Part shown: piece by piece, positions 47,001 to 55,883 of the stretch
Layout: the number at the start of each line of letters is the position of its first letter
Position numbering within the stretch: the stretch's first letter is position 1
Source: a virus
Lineage: Duplodnaviria > Caudoviricetes
IMG/VR virus record: IMGVR_UViG_3300025713_000650
Coordinates: 32,001-96,000 of that record
Strand: one strand, 5' to 3'
DNA length: 64,000 nucleotides
Position numbers and translations under genes: made by a program
Notes under the pieces: generated by a model
The model's database searches: none
What the model was told of the DNA's origin: nothing
What the model saw: the letters and a program-made list of their open reading frames with translations, nothing else

Positions 47001-47240
47001 TTTTGCAAATCTTTTTCTTCTTTCACGATTAGATGTAATATCAACATGACAAACAGGACATTTTTTATTTGAATTAGAAGGACCCCAATAAATTTCACAT
47101 TGACAAATATAATTTTTTAATGGACCAAAAATCTGTTCTGAAAAAAGACCATCTTTATGAAAATTTTTTTTATCTAAAATTTTTGATGTTTTAACTTCTT
47201 TAATTATCTTTATAAATTCCCTATTTATCAGTTTCGGCAT
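44031..47240 (-). CDS. phage multisubunit RNA polymerase, beta-prime-like subunit, intein-containing
   Basis: GLFSEQIFGP, PPDLRP, GKRIDFSGR, NRQPSLHR, NADFDGD catalytic loop, T..SGYL.R, AAQSLGE..TQL.LRTFH. Confidence 0.95.
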   Translation of the reverse strand: MPKLINREFIKIIKEVKTSKILDKKNFHKDGLFSEQIFGPLKNYICQCEIYWGPSNSNKKCPVCHVDITSNRERRKRFAKIILPIPVVNPIFYDLLVSLGKSEIKKPLDLLIKNEKSSLYVDEENNHFVVEENDEKWPPEKFKKYEKSEAIIKLVTWLSEELIDIPDWKYINDHIDSLMINEVLVLPPDLRPTSKIRSKNDQMKSDEINSYYTHLLNHKATIEETNIDILNKKEIYYMYFKQLQKLVNTLYEFILDKLSKKEGLIRGNILGKRIDFSGRAIITPDPVIDIDECSLPYVMILELYKLQISKKLIDYNHFKLQNEAVDYIDECIEMDKLNLISICEEVIKDEVCLLNRQPSLHRLSLLGFKIKMNTDKVIKIHPLACAGFNADFDGDQMAIYLPISKESKEEVLDKFLFTKNLYNPANISLSATPSQDIILGVYILTNNMIPELNKQIEYKNEQITESLKIFNECLPEDYPIIKDPVNKKKLINLLNDINDKYDYTITSKILDDIKMIGYKYSTLYGTTLSLDGLILDNVDELKETIYSKNTSREQLNELASKEIENELRNKFMYSYVIDSGSRGTWEQVRQILLSRGFISNFSGKIIETPVKNNLVEGLTQYEFFNSSYGCRKGLLDVAINTGDSGYLSRQLAFACCNLILDSNLDDCGTEDYLNVFVEDEKKAKCLLYKFYLNGDNEELITNDNLKNIIGKNIKIRSPIFCKSEKVCKRCYGDLHKILHSPFIGMIAAQSLGEASTQLVLRTFHLSLRKNTRILDINNKSFEIQEVYDKVKNGEDFYTFNCSPEGDIYISKIVNAYKDRFEKRMVKVTLDNDEIVECTLDHKFIMQDGTSKEAKDLQVNDQLMPIYRKNKSKLENKNGKFIERMSFRYFIKNNRFVKNIQFIDLPEYEEFYDLTVDSEYPNFALKAGIFIHNSGAAITKKGSEDMLQEDIISDLSSVSKLLHSNKDLNCEELIEKLFKIYNYSKEIHYVHFESVVSQLMWYGNKKWRLLKDRNNYSPEFISILTIPSKESWLLGFGFSNQKKNLLRGISNEGLYSGILDNMLLGRKTNI
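44445..44945 (-). mobile_element. mini-intein (167 aa, no homing endonuclease) in the RNAP trigger loop
   Basis: Starts SLRKNTRI, block B CTLDHKF, block F/G FYDLTV..YPNFAL..GIFIHN followed by Ser. Confidence 0.9.
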
Positions 47241-47304
47241 TCATATCTCCTATGTAAGATTTTTCTTATTATATCCTTAATAAAAAATAAAAACAATATT
47301 TTAT

Positions 47305-47336
47305 AAGGAGGAGGTATTATATAATACCTCCCCCTT
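47305..47336. terminator. hairpin related to 23611-23640
   Basis: GGAGGAGGTATTATATAATACCTCCCC. Confidence 0.5.
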
Positions 47337-47345
47337 TTCTTGACT

Positions 47346-47549
47346 TTAATATCTTAATGATTTTAATCTTTCAATTTCTTGATTCTTACCTTTTATTATA
47401 TTTTCTAGTCTTTTGATTTGTATATTTTTCAATCTTATTTTTTCTAATAAGACATTATCAATAATATAATTTTCATGTCTTAAACTTAGATCTTTTTTAT
47501 CTGAATTATCAATTAAACTTTCAATAATGATTTGCCTACATTTTATCAT
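47346..47549 (-). CDS. small coiled-coil hypothetical protein
   Basis: 67-aa ORF. Confidence 0.5.
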   Translation of the reverse strand: MIKCRQIIIESLIDNSDKKDLSLRHENYIIDNVLLEKIRLKNIQIKRLENIIKGKNQEIERLKSLRY

Positions 47550-47741
47550 TTAATCTTTAGGATTTATTTTTTCATGTTTCTCAATAATTTTAATTAATTC
47601 AGAATCTGTTAATTCACAAATATCTTTATTCAATCCTTTTACTAATTTAAGAAGATTAATAATAAAAACGGATAATATTCTTTGTGATAATGTGGTCCTA
47701 TACTTTTCTTCAAAAATGTTTTTGGATAAGAAATCACTCAA
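47550..47741 (-). CDS. hypothetical protein
   Basis: 63-aa ORF, GAGG RBS. Confidence 0.5.
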   Translation of the reverse strand: MSDFLSKNIFEEKYRTTLSQRILSVFIINLLKLVKGLNKDICELTDSELIKIIEKHEKINPKD

Positions 47742-47835
47742 AATAAATTCCTCGTGTTTTTATCTTATTTTAATAATATCAGGATGTTAATTAATAGTTT
47801 TTGTAAAGAACTTTTTTTAAAAAAATTATTAAAAT

Positions 47836-48141
47836 CTATTTTATTTCAATTTTATATTCAATGTTATCAATAATTGCTTTATATGCATTATTTGTTAAAA
47901 TTAATCTCCAACCATTATTTTCAATATCATAAACTCTTATTCGATCATTCTTAATATCTTTTATAATTCCTCTAATATTTAATTTTTTAGGATGCATTTC
48001 TTTTGGAATTCTTTTAAAATCTAAAATACAGTCCATTACTCTTTTACTTCCATCTTTCTTAATAAAAAATATAATACATTTTTTAGATCTTCTAATCATT
48101 CTAAATAATTTAAATGTAGTTTTAATCTTTTTATCTAGCAA
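47836..48141 (-). CDS. WYL_2/DUF2693-like SH3-fold protein
   Basis: F.KKDGSKR.M.C.LD...IP...VYDIE..GWR. Confidence 0.7.
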   Translation of the reverse strand: MLDKKIKTTFKLFRMIRRSKKCIIFFIKKDGSKRVMDCILDFKRIPKEMHPKKLNIRGIIKDIKNDRIRVYDIENNGWRLILTNNAYKAIIDNIEYKIEIK

Positions 48142-48168
48142 TACAAATCACCTCCCTTCTTTTTATTT

Positions 48169-48189
48169 TTCAATAATTAATATATATAG
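48169..48189 (-). promoter_or_regulatory. phage promoter motif copy 6 (upstream of the RNAP gene block)
   Basis: CTATATATATTAATTATTGAA. Confidence 0.65.
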
Positions 48190-48195
48190 AAAATA

Positions 48196-49212
48196 TCAAG
48201 AACGTTTTTCAGAATGTAATAAATCATCTAATTTTGAATCATCCCTAGATAAGAGATCCGAAAACAACATACAAGTCCAATTACATCCTTTACAATAATA
48301 TTTATAATCATTTTCAAAATTCATTTTATATAATTCAGATACATTATAATTTTCATCGAAAACATTTTCTATTGTATTATATGTCGGACAATATGAACCT
48401 TGTATTCTTAAACAACATCTAATCGAACCATCTGCATCAACTGTTAAATTATGAATATTTTTATTATCTTCATAACATTTTAAATTAGATGGTAATATAT
48501 CATAAATTTTATTATAAATCAAATCTTTCATATGAACATTTAAATTTTCATCTAAAATTCTTTTTAGAATTTCTTTTAATTCTTCTGTTGGATAAACTAA
48601 ATTTTCACTAGATTTAACATTTGAAAAATCATAATATTCTGATTTTGCAATATCAAGAAATGTAATACTACTTGATATATCATTATCTGTTAAAATTTTT
48701 ACTAAATTATATAAATTATTAATTGTATTTTTATCAACAGTTATTTCAGCAACTAAATCTTTTACATATTTTTTAAATTTTATTAAACCAAGTAAACCTT
48801 TATTACTTTTAATAGTAATATCATCTTTTTTATTAAGTAAAATATAAGGATCTACAGATGATGTTAAACCCTGAAGGTAACCAACATCATAAATAAGTTT
48901 TTCAATTCTTTTTTGAATTATATCTGTATTATTTGTAATTATAGTATAATTAATATCATTAAAATTACAATATCTAATAATTTCAGCTAAATCATTTCTT
49001 AACAAAGGTTCACCACCATACCATATTACAAAAGAATTTGGATTATGTTTTTTTAATTTTTCAAGAAATTTTATTACTCTTTCAGTATTTACTTCATTTT
49101 CATAAAAATGCTTCAAACGATTATTTGTATTTCTTGCAATTCCACAATAAGAACACCGAAGGTTACACCTTCTAGTTAAAAGAAAATTAACAATTTGAAT
49201 TGTATCTTTCAA
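48196..49212 (-). CDS. radical SAM protein with C-terminal SPASM/twitch-like cysteines
   Basis: CNLRCSYC, GGEPLL, C...VDADG..RCC, CKGCNWTC. Confidence 0.9.
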   Translation of the reverse strand: MKDTIQIVNFLLTRRCNLRCSYCGIARNTNNRLKHFYENEVNTERVIKFLEKLKKHNPNSFVIWYGGEPLLRNDLAEIIRYCNFNDINYTIITNNTDIIQKRIEKLIYDVGYLQGLTSSVDPYILLNKKDDITIKSNKGLLGLIKFKKYVKDLVAEITVDKNTINNLYNLVKILTDNDISSSITFLDIAKSEYYDFSNVKSSENLVYPTEELKEILKRILDENLNVHMKDLIYNKIYDILPSNLKCYEDNKNIHNLTVDADGSIRCCLRIQGSYCPTYNTIENVFDENYNVSELYKMNFENDYKYYCKGCNWTCMLFSDLLSRDDSKLDDLLHSEKRS

Positions 49213-49228
49213 ATTATTTCTCCTTTAT

Positions 49229-49507
49229 TTACATTAATTGAATTGAACTTGTCATTTTAACATATTCTTTATAAAGATCATCTGGTGGTATAAAAGGAAA
49301 AATTAATATTTTATTTTTATTTATTTTTATAATATCATCTTTTGGAGTCATAATAGGTGTTGGTGCTAATTGAAAATTTCCACCTTGAGTCATAACAGGA
49401 GTCATCAAAATAGGTTTGGAAAATTCTATAAATTCTTCACATTCTTTGGTTACTTCTCCAATAATGTAAGAAAATGGTGCTATGACAATAACTTTAATTT
49501 CTCTCAT
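49229..49507 (-). CDS. small Sm-like fold hypothetical protein
   Basis: IIGEV...P......P.....I....I.....P..L...Y....S.I pattern. Confidence 0.5.
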   Translation of the reverse strand: MREIKVIVIAPFSYIIGEVTKECEEFIEFSKPILMTPVMTQGGNFQLAPTPIMTPKDDIIKINKNKILIFPFIPPDDLYKEYVKMTSSIQLM

Positions 49508-49520
49508 TATATTCTCCTTT

Positions 49521-51731
49521 TTAATTTGGATTAACTGTTGTTAAAGATCCATCAGTTAGATCTAAAATTCTATCCGGATTAATTTGATTAATATGGGTAT
49601 GACTTATTAAATTAATACTTTTACTTTCTGCTAATTTATTTAATAATCTAGCAACATTTTCTGTATTTTCTTCATCTAATGAATCAAATATTTCATCAAA
49701 TATAAAAAGATTAAACTCAACATTATGCATTAAAACTTGAAGATCAGTTAATGTTAAAATAGTGCTAATATCAACAATTCTTCTTTGACCCTTTGACATT
49801 GTAGAATTGTGATTATTTTTAGTAACTGTATCTAAAAATCTAATAGAAATTTTATCTCTTATTTCTCCAGATTTTGTCTCACTTAATGTATCAAAACTTA
49901 CAATATATCTTCCATTAGAAATTAAATCTAAATAATCTAAAATTCGACTATTCATAAATGGAATTGCTTCATCAATTAACATACTTGGTATTCCTGAAGT
50001 TGAAAAACCCTGTTTCCAGAATCTTATAGCGTTTAATCTTTTCATACAAAATTTCTTATCTTCAGAAATTGTTTCTAATTCTTCTAATATTTCTAATATT
50101 TCATTTTTAATTTTATCAAATAAAGAATTATCAAATGTTTGTTCATTTATCAATTTTATCTGAAATTCATATTCTTTAATTTTATCATCAAAAGTCTTTA
50201 TTTCGTCAAATAATTTTAATAATTCTTCTGCTAGATTCTTTTCTTTACTTAATTCTATTTTTTTATTTTGTAAATCTGATTTAATTTGGTTAAATTTTTC
50301 TAAAACTTTTGAAAATTCAATTTTAGATTTATCATTAACTTCAGATATTTCTTCATTACATTTTTCAACTAAAGATTGTGATATTATTTTATGTTCTCTT
50401 CTAATTTTGTCTATTTTTCCTTCATAATTAGTTATATAATTATTATTTGTTAATTGTAACTGTGTTTTTTCTTTTTCAATTTCATTTAATTGATTATCTA
50501 AATTGATTAATTTTCTTTTAATTTCACCAATTATATTTTTATAATTATTAATTTCTAATTTTAATTCATTTTTGACAGTATCATTTAATTCTCTATGACA
50601 AACTGGGCATAATGAAACATCTAAATTTAATGAATTATTAATTTTATTTATTTCTTTTTCATTAGATTCAATATCTTTAAATAAATATGTTTTTTCAGTA
50701 TTAATTTGCATAATTTTTATATCTAAAACATTTATTTTCTCATTAAATTCATTAAGTTCTTTATTTACCTTTTCTTTTTCATTAGATATTAATTCTTCTA
50801 ATTCACTATCACCTTTTGAAGTTAAATCTTTATAATTATTTTTAATCTTTTCAACTTTTAATTCTCTTTCTGATAATATTCTACTTTTTTCAGAATTTAT
50901 TTTTTCATCTATATTATTTAACTCATTTTGGCAAACATTAATATCTGAATTAATAATATCCAATTTTCTATTTTCTAAAAATGTAGATCTTGAAATTTTA
51001 TATTGTGTTTCATGTTTTTTAATTTCTAATTCTTTGATTTGAGATTTAATATTATTAATTCTATCATTCTTATTATTATTAAAATTTATTTTATCATTTT
51101 CTAATTTTTTCAGGTATTCTTCTTTATCTTTAATTAATGATTGTTTTAATATAATAAGATTATCAATCTTATTTATATTTTCTAATTCTATTTTCTCTTT
51201 TTCATTACAATTTTTTAAATAATCCGTAAATTCATCCAAAGATAAAACTTTTCTAAATATTTCTTTCTTCTGAGTGTCAGGTAATTTTGTAAAGAAATCA
51301 TTTATATCCTGAGCGAAGAAAATACTATTTGTAAATAATTTATAAGGTAACACAATTGATTCTATTTTATTTTTAACTTCTGTTAACCCGGTAGCTTTAA
51401 TGGGACCTTCTAAAATAGCAGTTGTACCTTTATTTTTATAATTTCTATATCTACTTATATTATATTCATCAATATTTTCATCTTCAATAATATCAAAATA
51501 TAACTGTGTGAAACAATTTTTACCTATTTCAGTATTAATTATATCATCACCACCAACACCTTTTGAATTAACTCCATATAAACAATAACATATACATTCA
51601 AAAATTGAAGTTTTTCCTTTCCCATTTGGACCCGTTATTAAAGTAAGACCATCCACAATATCATATTCAAATAAATCAGTATAACCCATAAAATTTTGCA
51701 TTATAACTTTTTTGAATTTAATTTTTTTCAA
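49521..51731 (-). CDS. SbcC/Rad50-like ATPase (gp46-like)
   Basis: GPNGKGKTS, coiled coil with CPVC hook, S.GQ signature, FDEIFDSLD. Confidence 0.93.
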   Translation of the reverse strand: MKKIKFKKVIMQNFMGYTDLFEYDIVDGLTLITGPNGKGKTSIFECICYCLYGVNSKGVGGDDIINTEIGKNCFTQLYFDIIEDENIDEYNISRYRNYKNKGTTAILEGPIKATGLTEVKNKIESIVLPYKLFTNSIFFAQDINDFFTKLPDTQKKEIFRKVLSLDEFTDYLKNCNEKEKIELENINKIDNLIILKQSLIKDKEEYLKKLENDKINFNNNKNDRINNIKSQIKELEIKKHETQYKISRSTFLENRKLDIINSDINVCQNELNNIDEKINSEKSRILSERELKVEKIKNNYKDLTSKGDSELEELISNEKEKVNKELNEFNEKINVLDIKIMQINTEKTYLFKDIESNEKEINKINNSLNLDVSLCPVCHRELNDTVKNELKLEINNYKNIIGEIKRKLINLDNQLNEIEKEKTQLQLTNNNYITNYEGKIDKIRREHKIISQSLVEKCNEEISEVNDKSKIEFSKVLEKFNQIKSDLQNKKIELSKEKNLAEELLKLFDEIKTFDDKIKEYEFQIKLINEQTFDNSLFDKIKNEILEILEELETISEDKKFCMKRLNAIRFWKQGFSTSGIPSMLIDEAIPFMNSRILDYLDLISNGRYIVSFDTLSETKSGEIRDKISIRFLDTVTKNNHNSTMSKGQRRIVDISTILTLTDLQVLMHNVEFNLFIFDEIFDSLDEENTENVARLLNKLAESKSINLISHTHINQINPDRILDLTDGSLTTVNPN

Positions 51732-51733
51732 AT

Positions 51734-52747
51734 CTATTCTCCTCTTACTAACTCCATTCCTATAGTTTTAATATATTCAAAATCTTCTTTTTGAACATTT
51801 TTAATTTCCAAATATTTAGTTAATTTGCTTTCAATATCCATTGAAGAATTAATTCCACGATTTGTTATATCTTTTTCAGATCTATCAACTATAGGTACAT
51901 CTAAATCTTCTGTTAAATTAATATCATCTTTTTTAATAACTTTAATATAATCACCAGATTCTTTTATTTTCTGAATTTCTTTGCTAATATCTTTATAATT
52001 ATCTTTATTTAACTCTAATTTAATATATTTTTTATAACCTTCAAATAAAATACTTTCAACATCTAAAGTTTCTGTATCTAAAATTAAAAATCTTTTTTCT
52101 TCTCCAGATTCACCCCAATTTAATTGAATAGGTGAACCTGTATAATAAAATTTTATATTATCATTTATTATTTCTTGTGGTTTATGATAATGACCTAAAA
52201 TAACAACTTTATATTTATTGGTTAAATCTCTTAGAGAAATATCAGCTATAATTGATGTTCCGTTATTTAATATACCTTCATTTAAGCCAAAATGTGAAAT
52301 TAAAATATTTGCAGAATTTTCTTTAATTGAATTTATCATATTTGAATTATATGGGGCATAAAAAATACTATTTTTCTCATCATAATAAGGTGATGAAAAA
52401 TATGTTAGATTTGGATGATATGATAATGCTAATAATGAGGATTCTCCATCTTCAGTTTTTGAGGAAAGATCATGATTTCCCGTTACTAATTTAACACAGA
52501 CTTTATCTTTATAATCATTTAAAATCTTAATAAACATATTTTGAGAAACTGTATAAATTAAACCTTTATTATGAAATAAATCACCTGCAATAATTATCTT
52601 ATTTATTTCATGAGAAATACAATAATCAAACATATATCTCAATGAATTATTTAGACTTGATAGTCTTTCTCTTAAACCACTTTCTTTATCAATTGGATCT
52701 TGATTAAAATTTGATAAATGTATATCCGCGGTTATCGCTATTTTCAA
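51734..52747 (-). CDS. SbcD/Mre11-like nuclease (gp47-like)
   Basis: ADIH, AGDLFH, GNHD, GHYH, YTGSP. Confidence 0.93.
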   Translation of the reverse strand: MKIAITADIHLSNFNQDPIDKESGLRERLSSLNNSLRYMFDYCISHEINKIIIAGDLFHNKGLIYTVSQNMFIKILNDYKDKVCVKLVTGNHDLSSKTEDGESSLLALSYHPNLTYFSSPYYDEKNSIFYAPYNSNMINSIKENSANILISHFGLNEGILNNGTSIIADISLRDLTNKYKVVILGHYHKPQEIINDNIKFYYTGSPIQLNWGESGEEKRFLILDTETLDVESILFEGYKKYIKLELNKDNYKDISKEIQKIKESGDYIKVIKKDDINLTEDLDVPIVDRSEKDITNRGINSSMDIESKLTKYLEIKNVQKEDFEYIKTIGMELVRGE

Positions 52748-52757
52748 ATTATTCTCC

Positions 52758-54152
52758 TTAAATAATTTTTCTCATCGCTTCTTCATATGTTAAAATATGT
52801 TTTTCTAAATTATCATCAATATATAAAAAATTAATATTCCATTTTTTATTTTTATAATAATCTAAACGAGAAAACAATGTTCTTGATATATGCCTAACAT
52901 CAATATCTACCATATCAACAACAATAGGGATCGCTTTACCTTCCTTGATCCTTAAAATTCTTCCAGTCATTTGCTCTATATTTGAAATAGGACTTGTTAA
53001 TATCAAACAATCTTTAGATGCCGCATCTACACCATCTCTTATTTTTCCAGGTGTGGCAAATGTTACTTGTTTTTCCAAGGCTTCGTTTCCTGTATTTGAA
53101 ATAAACTTAGACTTATCATCTGATAGAATAGAATCATATAACTGGTTTATAAAATTTATTCTTTCAGAAACAAAAATTATCTTGCGGTCATCTTTAATAA
53201 ATTTTTCAAGAAGGTTTTTAGATAATATTTCTAAAGGTTTAGATTTTCTTAACATATTAAGATATCTTGCTCTCTGAAAACTACCACCCCAAAATAAATA
53301 TCTTTTTCGATCTTTAAGAATTTTAAAACTAAACATTATAACTGTAACATTTGCTTTCATCACAGATGCTTCTTCATTTGGAACAAAAATATCTCCTAAA
53401 TGATAATTTATAATATCAGATGTTCCATCATTTCTATATGGTGTTGCACTCAACCCATATGTTTCTTTACAAGGAATATGTATTGAACATAAAGAAAATG
53501 TTGGAGCACCAACTGTTGTATGAATTTCATCTGCAATCAAAACTCCAAAATCAGATTCATTAATTAATTTTAATAGTCTTATTCTATCCTTATTCAAAAG
53601 GGATACAAAAGTTTGATTGGTTGTTACCACTATATCACTTTTAAAATTATCTTCAACTGTAGACGATTTCAGGCGACTTATTGATGATTTTTGAATATCT
53701 GTAAATTGTAAAAATCTTTCAATCCATTGTTCGACTAAAGAATCTCTATGAACAAGAATAAGAGTTTTCTTTTTCTTATCACATATTGCTTTAATTGACA
53801 TTACAGTTTTACCACTACCTGGAGGGGCTTGAATAATTCCTTTATTATTTGAATTAATAAAATCAACAACTGATTTTTGTAAATTATCTCTTAATTCAAT
53901 CTTCGTTGAAATATTTATATCTTTACCCGGTGGTAGTTTATCAGTTATTTTTAAATCACAATAATCTTCTAAGGGAAAATATCTAGGAATTAATAAATAA
54001 TTATCATCTTCAATATAAAATTTAAGTTCGACAACTGGAGAATTTTGATATGATTTTGTAAGTCTAGTAAGATTATTTTTTATGTTATCATAAAATTTTT
54101 CATTCTCATATTTTCTAGGAATAAAGATACCAGTATTTCTATAAATCATCAA
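52758..54152 (-). CDS. superfamily 2 helicase (UvsW-like)
   Basis: APPGSGKT, DEIH, GLSATP.R.DG, Q..GRILR. Confidence 0.92.
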   Translation of the reverse strand: MMIYRNTGIFIPRKYENEKFYDNIKNNLTRLTKSYQNSPVVELKFYIEDDNYLLIPRYFPLEDYCDLKITDKLPPGKDINISTKIELRDNLQKSVVDFINSNNKGIIQAPPGSGKTVMSIKAICDKKKKTLILVHRDSLVEQWIERFLQFTDIQKSSISRLKSSTVEDNFKSDIVVTTNQTFVSLLNKDRIRLLKLINESDFGVLIADEIHTTVGAPTFSLCSIHIPCKETYGLSATPYRNDGTSDIINYHLGDIFVPNEEASVMKANVTVIMFSFKILKDRKRYLFWGGSFQRARYLNMLRKSKPLEILSKNLLEKFIKDDRKIIFVSERINFINQLYDSILSDDKSKFISNTGNEALEKQVTFATPGKIRDGVDAASKDCLILTSPISNIEQMTGRILRIKEGKAIPIVVDMVDIDVRHISRTLFSRLDYYKNKKWNINFLYIDDNLEKHILTYEEAMRKII

Positions 54153-54511
54153 TAAATACTTACCCTTTCAAAATATGAATCTGATGTTTCCCATAATCTC
54201 AATCTATATATATTCAAACCTTTTTCTTCTAATTTATCCCAAATCCAATTACCTATATTTTCAGCTGTAGGTAAATCAAACATATCATTTAAAAAATTAT
54301 GATCTAATTTTTCAATTATTTCTTCATTCACAATTTTCTTTAAATCACTAAAATCCATTATCATTCCCGTATATCCATTAATAACACCTCTAACAGTAAT
54401 TTCTAATTTACCTGTATGACCATGAAGGTTAATACATTTTCCTGGATGATTTGGAATATAATGACCATATTCAAATTCAAATCTTTTGGTTATCGTATCA
54501 ATATAGTTCAT
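54149..54511 (-). CDS. queD: 6-carboxytetrahydropterin synthase
   Basis: H....GKC.NLHGH, DFSDLK, LDH.FLN, PTAEN, WET. Confidence 0.95.
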   Translation of the reverse strand: MNYIDTITKRFEFEYGHYIPNHPGKCINLHGHTGKLEITVRGVINGYTGMIMDFSDLKKIVNEEIIEKLDHNFLNDMFDLPTAENIGNWIWDKLEEKGLNIYRLRLWETSDSYFERVSIY

Positions 54512-54579
54512 GTTTTCTCCTTTCTTTACTTAATTTAATTTTCTAATAATTGACTCGATATCATTTTTATCCCTTTCTA

Positions 54580-55881
54580 TTAATTTTGATATTGTAAATT
54601 AACATATTCATCAATATTTTTCAGGTTATTTTTAAATTCATTTATTTTATCTTTTAATTTTTGATTATCTAATTTTACAGATAATAATTTATTGATTTTA
54701 TGTTTATTAAATAGCGAGTTTATAATATCTTTCTCAATCTTTAAATTTTTACTTATTTTTTCAATAATTTCAGATGGATCTTTATAATTTGTTTTTAAAT
54801 AATTTATTAATAATGGTTTTATTTTTTCAATGAGTATATTTTCATCAATATGTTTATTTAAAATATTGATTTCATGATTTAATCTAATTTCATTAACATT
54901 CTTAAACATTTTATATGTATTTAAAAGTAATTCATCCACTGAAATTGTTCTAATATTTCTCATTCTATCTGTAACAATAATATCAAAAGAAATAGAACCA
55001 GTTAATGCTTCTTCTAATTTTTTAACAACTCTATTTAAAATATCAGCTTTATTCCTTTGTTTAATAACCTCAATAACAATATTAGTTTCTGTTGTTGATA
55101 AATCTGTAAAACCAACATCTTGATTTTCTAATTCTTTTGTAATCTTCTTTAAAATGGATTCAAATTTCTTTATACCTGGCCATGATTTTATAATTACTCT
55201 TGAATGAATATTATCAACTTTCATTATTCCTTTAAATTCAATATTCGCCTTACCTGTTGTTAATAATTTCTTTAAATCTGAATCTTTAGAAATAATTTTA
55301 CAATCAGATATTGGTTTAATTATAGGTTCTTTTTTAATTTTTCCCAATAAAAACATTAATCTTTTAGTTAAATCTTCTAAAGTATAACACGGAATAATTG
55401 TTCTATATCCAAAACCTATTCCCTGTATATAATTATTCCCTAATAAACATAAAGGAAACATTGTTGGAAGATGAATAGGTTCTTTTTCTTGTAATTCATT
55501 TATTTCCCATAAAACAAAATCAAGATATTTAAATGCCATATCTTTTATATATTTAGATAATTTAACCTCTGTATATCTAGCTGCCGCGGCACCAACATCT
55601 TCAATACCAACATTAACTCCAAAATTTCCTTGTCCTTCTAAAAATCCTTGGTGAACTAATTGAACAATTGTACCGTATGCTGAAGAGTGAGGATGAAAAT
55701 TACCAAGACAAATGCCATCAACTTTAACACTTTTTACAAATTTATCTCTTGCAATTATATATGCAGATAATAAAATTTTTCTTTCAACTGGCTTTAAACC
55801 ATCAATATCTAATGGAAAAGCTCTTGAAGAATTTACATATTTTCCATATTCTTTATAAAGACTTGGAATATGTTCGTCCAT
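54580..55881 (-). CDS. type IIA topoisomerase subunit A (GyrA/ParC-like, no CTD)
   Basis: DGLKPV.R, FHPH, GQGNFG, AAARYT catalytic Tyr, GIG.G. Confidence 0.93.
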   Translation of the reverse strand: MDEHIPSLYKEYGKYVNSSRAFPLDIDGLKPVERKILLSAYIIARDKFVKSVKVDGICLGNFHPHSSAYGTIVQLVHQGFLEGQGNFGVNVGIEDVGAAAARYTEVKLSKYIKDMAFKYLDFVLWEINELQEKEPIHLPTMFPLCLLGNNYIQGIGFGYRTIIPCYTLEDLTKRLMFLLGKIKKEPIIKPISDCKIISKDSDLKKLLTTGKANIEFKGIMKVDNIHSRVIIKSWPGIKKFESILKKITKELENQDVGFTDLSTTETNIVIEVIKQRNKADILNRVVKKLEEALTGSISFDIIVTDRMRNIRTISVDELLLNTYKMFKNVNEIRLNHEINILNKHIDENILIEKIKPLLINYLKTNYKDPSEIIEKISKNLKIEKDIINSLFNKHKINKLLSVKLDNQKLKDKINEFKNNLKNIDEYVNLQYQN

Positions 55882-55883
55882 TT

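Noticed and set aside
48196-49212. Calling the radical SAM protein QueE
   Set aside because: Longer than QueE, has extra C-terminal Cys clusters, and lacks the R..GC...C..CDT signature.
54520-54600. Frameshifted C-terminal extension of topoisomerase subunit A
   Set aside because: The alternative frame is short with no clear slippery site; the gene can end naturally at 54580.
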